Below, one piece after another: positions 37,675-50,607 of a stretch of 64,000 nucleotides of DNA. The position numbers and the translations under genes are program-made. The stretch lies in contig CP158635.1 of the NCBI GenBank assembly GCA_050273025.1, positions 10,478,001 to 10,542,000 on the forward strand. Reading direction: 5' to 3'. The stretch is from Cenococcum geophilum. Lineage: Eukaryota. Below the pieces are notes generated by a model. It did no database searches and was not told where the DNA came from. It saw only the letters and a program-made list of their open reading frames with translations. Position 1 is the first letter of the stretch; each line of letters starts with the position of its first letter.

Positions 37675-38997
37675 ATGACAAACACTTCGTGTGCTACGAT
37701 CATTTCAGCTGAATCCTTGACTCTAACTGCAGATTCTGGGAAACACTGCGAGATCCCGGACGCCTCCCCTGCTCCCGATAACTCTGCAATCCAATCTTCC
37801 ACGCCAGGGATCGCCTCCGTTCCCTCAGAATGTGCTCATTGCGGCAATTATGCCGCACTCAAGTGCAGTGGTTGCAAAGATATTCCAAGGGAGGAGAACG
37901 CTTCAGGACACATTACACTATACTGCAATATAGATTGCCAGAAATCTGATTGGCCTAGCCATCGCAGGATTTGCAAACATTTCCAGGCAAAGAAGCTCCT
38001 CTATCGGGCAGGTGACATGCTCCAGAAAGCCTGGCTTGCTTATCGTGAAGGTTCATACGATAGCAATGTCATCGAAGTTGACATAATTGGCGAAGCGCTG
38101 TTCGTGTACCACAGGAATGGAGATGTCCCTCGTGGCACGCAGTTTCCGTTTCCCAATCACATCATAGACCACCCAAGAGACAAGCAGGCAGTTCTGTGTT
38201 ATTCTATGTGCTTTGAAAGTCTTGCTTACATGTATAATGTGATCAAAGATATGTTGCAAGGTCAGCCGGAGCGAATCAAATAAATATAGCACTACCGGTC
38301 CCAGGCTAACTCTCAACTAGGAACCTGCGCTCTTATCGAAGAAGTACACGTCAGGCGAATGAACCCCTCCGCAACGCGACTAATAGTAATGGCTGATAGC
38401 CTAAGTGGGGAAAACCGCACTGTTCATGGACATGATATGATCCGCGCCACTCTCAAAAATGGAAAAGTCTACGCCTTAGACTTTACTGGCGCACAATTTG
38501 GAATATATGAGCCCATTATGCTTTGGGATGATTACGCTCGCAAATACATTGCGGTGCTTGGTGAAGCATATGCCTTTGGACATGCTAAAGCTAGCTTTGC
38601 GCGCATTGTCCAAGAGAAGACTCGCGGTGCAGAAAGTATCATGTTCTACAATTCAGTCACACCAGCATTTGAGAGGGGCTTGCAGCAATGGCTCAAGTAT
38701 GGCAACATGACTTTGCAGGATTTCATGAAGCTACCTGAAGAGCAATTCTGCATGCACAACGGACTCATGTGGGATGTCCTTCGACATTGTTTCCGCGAAT
38801 ATATTTCCTTATCGTCAAAAAGCATCACGGAAATCAGCGTTAACCAACCCGCAGAGGTCACTGACGTAGATATGTTGGACTGTGCTGACCTCGGCGCTGA
38901 ACTCTTGCAACTTGGCGTGGATTTCGAAGGCAGCGAGGAGGGCACGAGTGCGATGTTTCGCCGCATGGCCCACCACGGCGCATTAATATACAGATGA
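37675..38997 (+). CDS. MYND-type zinc finger protein
   Basis: CAHC..CSGC...YCNIDCQKSDWPSHRRIC; intron 38261-38320; YALDFTGAQFG motif in exon 2. Confidence 0.85.
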
Positions 38998-39228
38998 CAC
39001 AGGTCGCCTTACATAGCGAAACCCGGACACGGACGAGACGGCCAGCGACGGAAATCGTAGCTGCACTAGATACCAAACTCGCCCCGCCAAACGAACAAGA
39101 GCTACGCTCGGAAAATCCAAATTACTACTGATTTGGCCGATTAGAAAGGTAGCTCATTTTCGTTCCTCTACTTTGCGCATACCTCCACATTACTGTGTTA
39201 CTGTATGTAATATTTTCCCATCCAAACC

Positions 39229-40433
39229 TCACAACTTACTTGTCTCTCCACCCTTGGAGATTTCCACCACCAGTTTACCAAATTGGTTTCCCTTCTTCAT
39301 ATCATCAAATAATCCATCAATAGCCCCAATATCTAAGCCTTGAATGACCCGCGAAACCACTGGCTTCAAATTCTTCGTCTTCACAAACTCCACCATATCG
39401 GAGAACTCTTTCCTCGATCCCATCGTAGACCCACGCAAATCAAGATTCTTGAGCACTGCGCTCATTAAATAGGGCATCTTCGGGCTAACAGTCATGCCGT
39501 ATGAAACAATTACGCCACCATGCTACTCTCATATTAGCGCAACCTGGCTTTAAATGCTACTGTTGCCCTACTCAGCATAAGAAGGGCAAGCTCACCTTTA
39601 GTAACCTCGTTCCCTTCTGTACCACATCACCACCCGCACCATCCACAATCGCATCCACCCACTTCCTCCCCGCGGGCAACATCCCAAGCAACGTCTTCTC
39701 CCACCCCTCCTCCTTATAATTCACACCACCCACGGCACCCAGCTCCTTCGCCTTGGTAATCTTCTCCTCACTTCCACTACTCACAAATACATTGCATTCC
39801 TGCGCCACCGCAAACAGCAACACCATCAACGCAACCCCTCCCCCGATCCCCGTTACCAGAATATTCCGCCCGGGCATCGCATTCCCCGACTTGGTGAAGA
39901 AAGCGCGCCAGGCCGTCAGCCCCGTCAACGGCAGCGCCGCAGCCTCCGCATCGCTCAGATGCACCGGCGCCTCTTCCAGCTCGCCCGCATCCAGCAGGAC
40001 CGCCTCGGCCAATGTGCCTGCCGGGTTGTGCTTCGTCCCGCCCATGATCCGGTAGCCTCGGGGATCTTCAGGCCCCTCGGGGTCTGAGGCCCAGCCGACG
40101 CCTGGGTTCAGGATGACGCGCTTGTTGAGCCATTTTTTGGCGGAGGGAGAGGTGCCGGTGGCGGTCACGACGCCGACGCCGTCGGCGAGGAGGGGGACGG
40201 AGAAGGCGGTGCCGGGGTAGAGGTGTTGGCGGATGAAGAGGTCGCGGTGGTTGAGGGCGGCAGCGGTGAGGGCAATGACGACCTGTGGAGGATTAGGAGG
40301 TTGGAGAAGAGGGGAGCTGAGTGCGCACTTGGTTCTCCGAGGGTTGGGGTTCTGGAATTGTTATTTTTTCAAGAGGGTAGTATACTTCGCCGGGCTTGCC
40401 GGGGACTTGTTTGATCGCAATTGCCGATGGCAT
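39229..40433 (-). CDS. MDR superfamily (zinc-binding dehydrogenase / quinone oxidoreductase-like) protein
   Basis: AAALNHRD, AAALPLTGLTAWRA, LVTGIGGGVA, GSTMGS, QFGKLVV; two introns. Confidence 0.9.
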
Positions 40434-40745
40434 TGCAAAGTAATAGGAAAATGAAGTTGGGAGAAGGAAGTGGGGCGTAAAGCTTGCTTGTCTTGAAAGT
40501 GGGAACTGTAGCAGTATAAATATCGGTTCCTTGACAAACAATTGAAGTATAAGGAGCCAATTAAATCAAAGCTGACCTAAGATAAAAATGATTAGTGAAC
40601 CATTGAGAGAGTTTAAAGAGTTAGAAGTGTGGGCTGGCGGAGGTGGGGACGTAGGTGTGGATATTTCTTTGGTGTTACTTGGATGACGATGCCCGAGCTT
40701 CCTATTGTATCTTACCGAGGCTTCGGACGTAGCTAGGAAATAGTA

Positions 40746-40929
40746 CACCACCTTGTCAACTCCGATTGAAAGCGCGTGTCGATCTTGGTGATCGAACGGC
40801 AGAATTTATACCTTTTGAAGTAATAAGCACGGCCATTTTAACGTATGTTTACCTACTTTTGGGTACAAATGTACGCATTTTGGTTAGCGTTATCAACACG
40901 CGCTTTCAACCGGATGCGCCGAGACGGTG
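40746..40929. mobile_element. MITE related to family B
   Basis: TA-CACC...GGTG-TA ends; inner IR TCCG.TTGAAAGCGCGTGT/ACACGCGCTTTCAA.CGGA. Confidence 0.7.
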
Positions 40930-41011
40930 TAGAGGCTAGGAGGAAAGGGTAACATCAACTAGCAGGGGTGTCTGACCCATTCTTGTACTAGGCGAGACAG
41001 GCTAAACTTCT

Positions 41012-41290
41012 TCAACCAAAGATACCCAAGAGTCTCATCCACAACACGCTGCCATGCATCCATTCTAACCTCCACAACCCCCCATCATAGTCCATCCCGT
41101 GATCGCAGGAAAATCCTGCGAATGGCGAGTACCCACCCCGCCAACAGATAACAATCCATGACAATCCAACCGACCCTGGAGCTGAGGGCAACATTGCTCG
41201 TCTTCCGGCAGCAGTAAACCAATGGTGAGTTGGTTTGCGGTTGCCGTTCTCCAAAATCCGTGAGAGCAGGATTTTGTCTGCAAGGAGGAC
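41012..41290 (-). pseudogene. Possible degenerate C-terminal remnant of a HET-domain-type protein
   Basis: FTAAGRRAM.P...ICWRGGYSPF...WRL..MHG resembles the FxTxxGxxGLxP...GGxxPFxLR...YRLxGxxYxHG pattern; judged by eye only. Confidence 0.3.
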
Positions 41291-41859
41291 AGCGTGCCTC
41301 CCCAGCCGTGGTAAAATTGGAACGTACTAATTTCCTTTGATGTTTAGATATGTTTGGCCAAGTTGCATTTTAAAGGCCCTGCCCTAGTGGACCCTTGGAG
41401 CAGCCGCCAAGAGACGATAACCACAGCGGTGGTCTGTCATCATCAGGGGACTCTATCTGGGAATTGCTTGTCAAATTTCTAAGCGCACAGTAATGCTAAT
41501 TCATTCCGCTAGTTGCTACCCCTGTTTTAATCAACGATGATCCTTGGGTTTTGTTTTCCATATATAAACGAAGCGAGAAAAATATAAAGGTTCGCATATC
41601 AGTGATTAAGACTCTGTACCACCTTTAGGAAACAACAGGGAATGGTGAGCGCCGATTCTGGGCTCACTGAGACAGTTAAAATGGTATTAATGGATTTAAC
41701 ACAAAATAGATCAGCAAGAGACGGTATCGCTTCAGCCCATGCGGACACTACCAAGAAGCCCTTTAGAGGCTTATGAGCAATACTCCAGTATGCCCCTCAT
41801 AAGTGAAATGCCATGAAATAATACCTCAATAACCTATTCAAATTCTGCCAGACTACGGA

Positions 41860-43850
41860 CTACCAGTCTGGACTGAATTTGAGTACGTAAACTGTATCAC
41901 CAGCAAATCTAGGAAAAGGCTTAAGATCCTCTGTTGCGGTCGCAAGGACGATATAGTCTTCCAAATGACTGATGGACTCGGTTTCATCATGCCAATTAAA
42001 TAGCTTAAGCCGCTTGCGACCAGAATCTTTACATGGAAGCGTGATGTATTCTGTCTTGTAGTCGGGCGCCATGGAGAAATTTTCCCAGATCATACGAAGT
42101 TTGACAACGTCTACGCTGCAATTCTGCGATCGCCACGTTGTACAGCAAGTGTTTGGCCATTCTGGGGCGTGGTTGTGCCCGCTAACCCGTTCGGTGTGCA
42201 GTGCCACCCCTGCACTCATGCGCAGAGCAATTTTTCTCTCACGGCCTTGAACAAACATGCGTGCAAGCAAAAAATCCAGTTTATCCAATTCTAAGGTAGT
42301 ATATTCGGCGGATCCCGACATGGTGGTTTGCTTTATCAAATCCCCGAGATTTTGAATGACCTCGTATGAACTAGTTGATCTTAGAATAGGATCGAGAACG
42401 GGGGCGTGAACAATTCCTTGGATGTTGTCAAGAAGCTTCCAGGCACGTTTGCTAGACAGAGAATCAAGCATTATTATGTTCTCACTTGGTGAAATAGTGA
42501 GCCCTGATATCTTAAAGGTATGAGGGCGAAGCCCGTCGTCAGAACCATCCAGGCTGTACAAGGGGTAGGTCTTCAGAACTTGGCCATCCTCTAAGCCGTG
42601 GACATATAGATGTGTTTGAGCAATGGCTTCGGTATTACCATGTGAGGCTGGAGTGTAGAGGCTATACAGCGCCTTCTCTCCAAGAGCCATCAGCGCGTTT
42701 GTTTCTCCGGGACGCTGCTCCATTGTCAAAAATCTCCAATCACCTCCATGGACTGGTCCGGGTGGAAAGAAGAAGCTAAAATTATCGCTGTAAAGGCCAC
42801 TGATTGGGACGTTCCAGGTGATAGTCCCAGTAGGTGATATTCGAATGATGTGATCGCCGAGGACACTAAACATTGTAATTAGCCATCTTGAATCTGCCAT
42901 GAGGATCCGTCATGAGGGATGAATAGATGTTTTGCTATCAGGCAGGGAAAAAAAAGACGAACATTGATTAAAGATGTTGAGTAGACTACTGGTTTGGTTC
43001 TTGATTTGATAAGACGTTGTGGGTTGTCTTCTAGACATGAAATGGCGGTTCGGACCAATTCCTCCAAGCTTTGCTTCTGTATCCGCCTTTACATAACTGC
43101 AGCCAAGTACTAGGTGAATCAAATGTCGAAGACTCACGCTGATTTTGACGCTCGTTCGTGTTGAGCAGAACGAGTACACACAATACACCCCCCCTCTCCT
43201 GTCGACATGATTTGTAACAGTTGAAGAGTGCCACATTTAAGGATTTTCTTAAGATGACAGAGTCGTTTGCAGTTTCTAAAAGTTCTGTTTTCATAGTTTT
43301 CTGGAAGAGAAAGGTCTACAACGTCTACCCAGTAATCTGGATTGCAAAATATCAAATAGTCGCCGTTTATATCCCATCGGGATAGCCGTGGGAATTCGAG
43401 TACACTAGTTGCCCAGCCCCTCTTCATAGTCTCGTGGCGGTATACTTAGGAGAGCCATTAGTAACTGAACGCAATACTTGGGTCACCAAGAAAATCATGC
43501 TATGTAGTGCATGAGATTGCATACAGATCCCCTGAGGCATATAAAACGCGTGTGTTCCTTCTGTGTTTATAGCCATTTGCATAAAAATTCGGTAAAATAA
43601 ACTTACAAAGTCTTCGGAAAACCAAGTTAGCCTCGCCGGCGGAACCGAACAGCTGTTTGGCGGCGCCTGACTTCGGAAAGCATTCTTTGATCCACTGGGC
43701 TCCGACCACTCGTTCACAGATGTTCTTCCAATCTTTTGAAACGCGCCTCATCGTTTCCGTATCTAGGGCGGATAGGTGAGAAATAACCAATCCGGCAATC
43801 TCGAGAGGAAGTGTTTTGAATGGGTCGTGTGGGGCACTCCGGATGCTCAT
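41860..43850 (-). CDS. F-box domain protein, 4 exons
   Basis: DPFKTLPLEIAGLVISHL...MRRVSKDWK; introns ~43445-43606, ~43097-43137 and ~42894-42962 give a continuous frame. Confidence 0.8.
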
Positions 43851-45087
43851 TTTTAAAACTGCCTTGGACTGGATAATATTAGCAGCTTCAAAAAGTCCTA
43901 CGCAGTCAGAATTCTTGCCAAGTTAGCACGGACCCTTTGTCACTGCTTAGTCACCATGTTCCCATCAGAGTAGACAATTTATACCATACCATAGTCTCAG
44001 GAAGGGCTCCTAGAATACAAGCGAAATTGGCTGTTACTACAGCTATACAGCTGCGCTGCCAGGCTATGGATGCCATAAGCTTTTCCTCATAAATCCGCTT
44101 CAGGTTTTACGCACGTGACAGCGCGTCGCGTGGATGCAAGCGCTTCTCTTCCAGCCTCTCATCACCATTCCCATCCGCTACTCGAAATCATGGACTTATT
44201 CCAGCTAATCTCAAAGTATAATCATGACAGGCAACGAGCGCTTGTATGCGAGTCTTTAGAACTTTGTCTGCAGGCGTTCTGTAATCTCAGGCTTCACACG
44301 ATCCTCGAGGGACCTTCTTCCTTCCCGTTACTACCCTAGGCTTTTTTCTGTGCTGACCTGCCTAGGTAGCTAGGGGGAGAAATCCATAACTCTCTGGCTT
44401 TATTTAGCACGTAGGTAGTCGCGTCGAGCGATGTCAGAATTGCACGCGGCACAAAAGGACACCCCGTTGCCGCCCGCTGAGCCCCTGGCTACCCCGCGCT
44501 GGGACCGAAGGTCGCACCTGCAGTTATTAAAGTCCCCCTACTTCGATATTGTTCCGCGCTATTCAATCTATTCTAGATACTAACACTTGTAGAACAATTT
44601 ATTCCTTAAATAAGTCCTCACCATCCTCCGTGCAACATGGGGCGGGATGATCCTTCAAAATCAGGCTCAGTTTCCGACCGGCGCTGCCTGCCCCCAGACG
44701 AAACAATATAATATTATCATGAAAAGGCTTAGGATTACTTTCAGATCCTTATTCGATGAGTGCTCTTTGCAAGGATCTGTATAACGCTCCTCTGCTGGGT
44801 CACGATACTATCGACCAACCTTTACCATTTGGGGGCGTACTTGTGAAGCGGTAAATGTTTCATTGCAGATCTGGGCAACAATCACGGATGTTGCACTTCT
44901 CCATAGGCCCATGTTTAGACATTTTGCCTCCTCAATGTTTCAAACAACCCTCTTCTCCTATTTGGTGGCTGTGTATATATTTCTATGGCATACTGCTCTG
45001 GATAATTTCTATCGACATTTAGTTGTCCCTCAGCAGCTGTGCTGCGTTTTCTAGTATTATTCCTGGGTTTGATCATCAACCATCAAA

Positions 45088-47112
45088 ATGCAATTATTAT
45101 CGCGCATGCTGTACATTGGCATAATTGCCTGGCTTTGTTCTTCTCTCACAAATGCTGCTCCTTACTTCAATCCCGCATTAAGCCAGAGGGCTTCGGCCGC
45201 GACAGATCGATTAGTCTTTTGTCATTTCATGGTATGATCTACTGAAACTCCCTGAATCTCATACTTGCTAACGCCATTCTAATTCCTAGATTGGTATTGT
45301 CGGCGATCGGACCTGTGCTGCTGACTATGATGCGGATATGAAACGAGCTAAAGCCTATGGTATTGATGCTTTTGCCTTGAATATTGGTGTGGACGACTAC
45401 ACCGATACGCAACTCGGATATGCCTACGAATCTGCCAACAACAATGGCATGAAGGTTTTTATTTCCTTCGATTTCAACTGGTACTCCCCATCCTCTGGCG
45501 CGGCCACTGTCGGCGCCAAAATTGCACAGTACGCAAGTAAACCAGCACAACTCATTGTAGACAACAAGGTTTTCGCATCCTCGTTCGCTGGCGATGAGTT
45601 GGATGTTGCAACTATGCGGTCAGCTGCTGGAGTGGATGTTTTCTTTGCACCAAACTTCCACCCTGAACAAGGCACAGCCACTACCGATATCGATGGAGCT
45701 CTCAACTGGATGGTACCTCTCCCGCGCTTGGTTCATTGTTGAAATACTAACGCTACAGGCTTGGGATAACAACGGAAATAACAAAGCTCCAACTGCTGGA
45801 AATAATGCCACCGTTGAGGCTGGCGACACCACATATGTCAATTGGCTCGGCAGCAAACCATACATTGCCCGTAGGTCTAGTTCAAATTTGAAACCTGCTT
45901 GTATACTTATAAATCCTTGCCAGCTGTGTCTCCATGGTTCAGCACACACTTTGGTCCAGTAAGCATCTCTATCCTGGAATTCTTAAAGATAAAATACCCT
46001 TGTTGCGTAAAGTCAAGCATTAACACTACTTTTAGGAAGTCTCATACAGCAAGAACTGGGTTTTCCCTGGCGACCTTCTGTGGTATCGTCGATGGAACGA
46101 TATTCTTACCCTTGGTCCCCGCTTTCTCGAAATCATCACTTGGAATGACTACGGCGAGTCACACTACGTTGGGCCTCTCTCATCTAAACACTACGACGAC
46201 GGGAATTCAAAGTGGACTAATGACATGCCCCACGATGGCTGGCTTGATATGGCTAAGCCCTTCATTTCGGCCTACAAGGCAGGTGCATCCTCTCCGAATT
46301 CATATATTACCTCGGACCAACTCATTTACTGGTACCGCCCTACACTCAAATCCCTCGATTGTGATGCCACGGATACTACTATGGTCGCAGCCAACAATGC
46401 CAGTGGCAATTACTTCATGGGTCGCCCAGATGGGTCCGATTCAATGCAAGACGCCGTGTTCATCGTCGCGCTGCTGACGTCTGCTGGAAAAGTGACCGTA
46501 ACATCAGGCTCGAACACGCAAGCGTTTGATGCAGCAGCAGGCGCCTCTGCATTCCAGGTCCCCATGGCCGTCGGGAGCCAGAAGTTCACCCTCACTCGTA
46601 ATGGTACCACCATACTTAGTGACACGTCCCTGAGAGATATCAGCAACGTCTGTCCTTGCGGCATCTTCAACTTTAATGCCTATGTCGGTAGTGTACCGGC
46701 CGGCTTCTCCGATCCACTCGGAACGGATGGGCTAGCATCTCTGACAGTTGGCCTTCATGTGAGCACTTGCAGCGCAACTCCCTCCCTTGGTACTGCGACG
46801 AACATCGGGACAACAATAGTGACGTCCGTGACCTCATCGCCCGTGTCTCCCGCCTCCACCTCTATGGGTAGCATTGCCAGCAAACCAACCTCGAGCTCAT
46901 CTCCGACCGCAGTGACTTCCACTCCGATAGTGACCTCTATAAGCTCTATGACTACTGCTACGGGAACAGGCGGCTGCACGTCCACAATTACAGCGTCCAA
47001 CCAGATCTTTCCGATGAACTGCCTGCAGGGTGGTGAATTCTGGAGGGGACCTGCAGGACAAGCGAAACCCGATTGCTGCAATGGGGCAAAGCCTTGCTGC
47101 GGGTCATCTTGA
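45088..47112 (+). CDS. Secreted alpha-1,3-glucanase (mutanase), GH71
   Basis: Signal peptide; LVFCHFMIGIV, AKAYGIDAFALNIG, VSPWFSTHFG, ITWNDYGESHY, IYWYRP; four introns; S/T linker and Cys-rich tail. Confidence 0.95.
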
Positions 47113-47746
47113 TTTCACTGTTGTTTTGTTCGAAGAGAAGATGCATATGGTTGATGTGCTGCGTAAACGACAATTGATGATGACTCAAGACGGCTTTGGT
47201 TGCAGAGCGGAGTTTTTTCATTGTACATATTGATCAAAAGAAGTATATATCACACGTCATCTAAAGCCTGCGATTCCTTCTCACTTCAGCGCATGTGCTT
47301 GAGGCAGCCACGCCGCTTCGTGCCTTCTCCTTCGCATTCATTTACAATTTCTCGCGCGGCTGATCACAAGAAAGCTTTCAGTCTAAGCAAGCTCAGACCC
47401 TCTGATCTAACTGAGTTCGGCTAAAATTCTACTACGGAAGATAAACTCCGCCCGGATGCCAGGGGATGCCGTTTAACCTCTATATGCCTGACTGACCACT
47501 TGTCCTTGACTGATGGTCTATGTTAATTTGTTATGAAATAAGCAAGCACCCAAACTAGCCCTGTCCAGCTTCACAAAAAGTCTGTCTATTTTGAAGATAT
47601 TTGGAACAACCAAAGAAATGCATGGACAAATACAAATGTAAAAGAAACTCGATCATCCAGGCCTCTGGGGCTCTATGTCTAGTCACAATACCTGATCCAG
47701 AAAAAAAAGTAAATATGCCTAAAGCTCCCGCAAAACCCTATCTCTC

Positions 47747-48626
47747 TCAATACGTCAGACTGATCACCTTTCCTTCCCATTTCTCGCCATTTTTGACCAA
47801 TTGTTCAAAAATCCAATTGCCGACATCCGTTCTCCCAACCGTATATCCTAATTGGGGACCAGCCTCTTTCTCTCTTCCCTGTACCCCTTTAACACCCCAT
47901 TCCCACCCGGCCCGCACCTTCTCCGTCCCCCGTGCGGCACCATCCGTAAGAAGCGTAGGTCGGACGATGAAAAAGTCACGGATGCTGGCGTCCGAAGCAG
48001 CTTTGAAGAGTAGTTGCTCCATCTTGCGCTTGTCCGCATGCGGCACCTGCAAAAACCAGTGGTACAGCGCATACAGCAGCAGCGGAACATCTCTCTCCCC
48101 ACCGCCCGTTCCCGTCGTGCTGATCGCCACGATGGTAGGCTTAGTGCCCTCTGCAGTGCTCGTGATGCCTTCGGTGGCTAGTTCAGAGAGCGCGGCGAGC
48201 ACAGTCGCTATGCCGGACTCGCTGATATGCGGATCATCGAGTGTGACAGGCTTGAGGAGCGATGCCTGCATTTTCGGGGTGCTACCGACGCCGAAGATGA
48301 TTGTGGAGACTAGGGATGAAGGGGAGGTGGAAGAAATGAGCGCGCGTTTAACGTCAGCTGTGGTCTTGACATTGCCCGGGTGGACGGTGAGCTGAGCGGA
48401 GATAGTCGATAATGGAATCGAATGAGAGGCCGTGAGGAGTTTACCGAGCTTATCTGGGTTGCGGGCCACTGCATGGATATTAGTGGGACTGTGTTTCACA
48501 GCAGAAGAGATTAGAGCGCGTACAAGCTGTTGCCGTATAGCCATCTCTTAAAGCTGCTGCGAGTGCTGCGCCTGCACAACCACCTGTCGCGCCGAAGAAG
48601 GCTAGGGTGGGTTTGTTGGTTGTCAT
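47747..48626 (-). CDS. NAD(P)-binding Rossmann protein (flavin reductase / atypical SDR-like)
   Basis: LAFFGATGG, intron ~48468-48522, LARNPDKL, PHADKRKME, IVRPTLLTDG, GYTVGRTDVG. Confidence 0.88.
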
Positions 48627-49053
48627 TGTGCTTTTGATGTTGGACTCGGAATGGAGATTTAGAATCTAGGGAGGCTCAGAGTTGACGGCCTAGAAATTTG
48701 GATTATAGCAAGACTTTATCTAGTCGAATATTTTTCCGAGGGTAGTATGTTGAAATCGAGAGATGGTCAGTTCCAGTGGGTCTTGAATCGTCGACTATAT
48801 GAATTGTTGTTGCACAGCGACTCAAACACCTCTTTATATATCTTTCCCTCCCTCAGCCCCCTCCACCGACCCGCGCCAGCCCCTATGCAATCCGATACGG
48901 CCGAATTCTTTCGTTGTGGAATTGAGAAAGATTTGGTGACAGATGGAGTAACTTTCATGGGATACGGTGGAATATGAAGGCAGAGTCGGGGAGTCTGGTG
49001 TCCGACCGGCATCCACTAAGCTATATTAGGAATAGCGTAAAGGGAAATCGGGC

Positions 49054-49190
49054 ACGCCCCTCCTGTCAACTCCGGTGGTTAGCGCAGCCACGTCTGCACG
49101 ACCGTTTTGTAGGGGTATTTTGGCTGCTTAAGGGAAAGTAAGGCCGTGCAGACGTGGCTGCGCTAACCACCGGAGATGACAGGAGGGCGT
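49054..49190. mobile_element. MITE family B, second copy
   Basis: Same core (CCGGTGGTTAGCGCAGCCACGTCTGCACG) and spacer as 25044-25186. Confidence 0.9.
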
Positions 49191-49191
49191 A

Positions 49192-49361
49192 CATTGTCGG
49201 TGCGTTGCAGGGGGGTTGGGTGGCTTGCGGCTTATTTTTAATTCACTCTTGCGGCAAATGAAAAAGGAGGGCAATTAAGAAGGTTCGTGTTTTCTATACA
49301 AACCGGCTTTCTTATTGGTGTAAAATGCTCTGCAAGGAACCCCTGCAACGCACCGACAATA
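49192..49361. mobile_element. MITE family C
   Basis: 21-bp TIR ATTGTCGGTGCGTTGCAGGGG/CCCCTGCAACGCACCGACAAT; TA flanks. Confidence 0.85.
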
Positions 49362-49708
49362 TACAATACTTTCGCCGGATACCATAGTACAGTTTGATTT
49401 CACACCATTTCCACACACAACATCTTAAATATGGAAATGCGACGGTATGTTAGGAGTGGCGAAGAGAAAGATATGAATGGCTTTTAATACGAAGAGCTTG
49501 GCTGGAAGGGCTTAGTTCTATTCTTTCAACACGAATGTATTCGTATTCTTTACTTCGCACGATCAAAAACGTCACTTCTTAAGACTTGACTTAAGGTTGG
49601 GCTAAGGACAGCTTTCATAGTATGCCGAAGTAATTCATTGATATCCGTAAAGACCGAATCTTATCATCTTCCAGATTTACCGGCACTCTGACAGATTTAT
49701 GGAAACTT

Positions 49709-50386
49709 TCACGCATGAACGACATCCTCATTCCTCTGTTGCCCCTTCTCCGGGTCTAAATCAGTCCTTGTAATATCTTCTTGCACAGTGTGCTCAATTG
49801 CACCGTGATCCTTATGAGTCGCGTCCTCCATATCGTGATCGTGCGCAACGTCAAACAAGCGGTTGCGGAACTCAGGACCCACAAATGCCATAACAATAAC
49901 ATACAGATACACACAGCCCATGAAAATGCAGATGACCTTGCCGTATTCATACCGCGCCGTCGTTCCCTTGGGTGGTAACGGGAAACGCTCACCGATTGTG
50001 GCCTCGATAGTGCTGGAGGCCGAGGAGACCAGGTTGCCGAGCTGGTAGGAAGTTCCGACAACGAAGGTGCGGAAGCTACCTGGGGAGAGCTCCATGAGAT
50101 GGATTGGGATGGCGCCCCAAGCGCCCTCGATGCAAAACTGTTCAAAGAATGCGGGGGCGATGATCTTGGTGTCAGTAACGAAACAGTAAGGATAGAGGAG
50201 CAGACCACCTAAGATAGACATGAATATGATAGTGAAGCGACGACCAAATATTTGAGAGCAGTAGCCGATTGTGATGCCGCCAGCCATGGCTCCTAGGTTT
50301 GCAACGACCTGGCAAACAAAATCAGCCACCGCCTCCTAGCATACCGGTATTGAAGTGCTTACTTGAGTAACGGTAACAGCGTCGAG
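49709..50386 (-). pseudogene. 5'-truncated MFS carboxylate transporter (JEN1-like)
   Basis: DAVTVTQ|VVANLGA, SQIFGRR, GAWGAIPIHLMELSP, GTSYQLGNL; intron 50309-50362; no N-terminal half between here and the next gene. Confidence 0.85.
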
Positions 50387-50607
50387 CCCGTGGGCGGAGG
50401 GTCTGAGCTCGCTTAACTAAAAGCTGTCTCAAGAACACCTTCACTCAAGTGACACAGAACAGTCAAGAAACCCCACCGAAGAATCCTCAAATAATCATCC
50501 TTCAATAACGTTTCATCAAATTCCTTAAGGTGAGTCTAACAATCAAAACGGCTACTTCCCAGCGTTAAGTGGTGAGATTCAGCAATTTTGGCAGTCCTTC
50601 AACCACC

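Noticed and set aside
47601..48395. 264-aa plus-strand ORF
   Set aside because: Antisense to the NAD(P)-binding gene.
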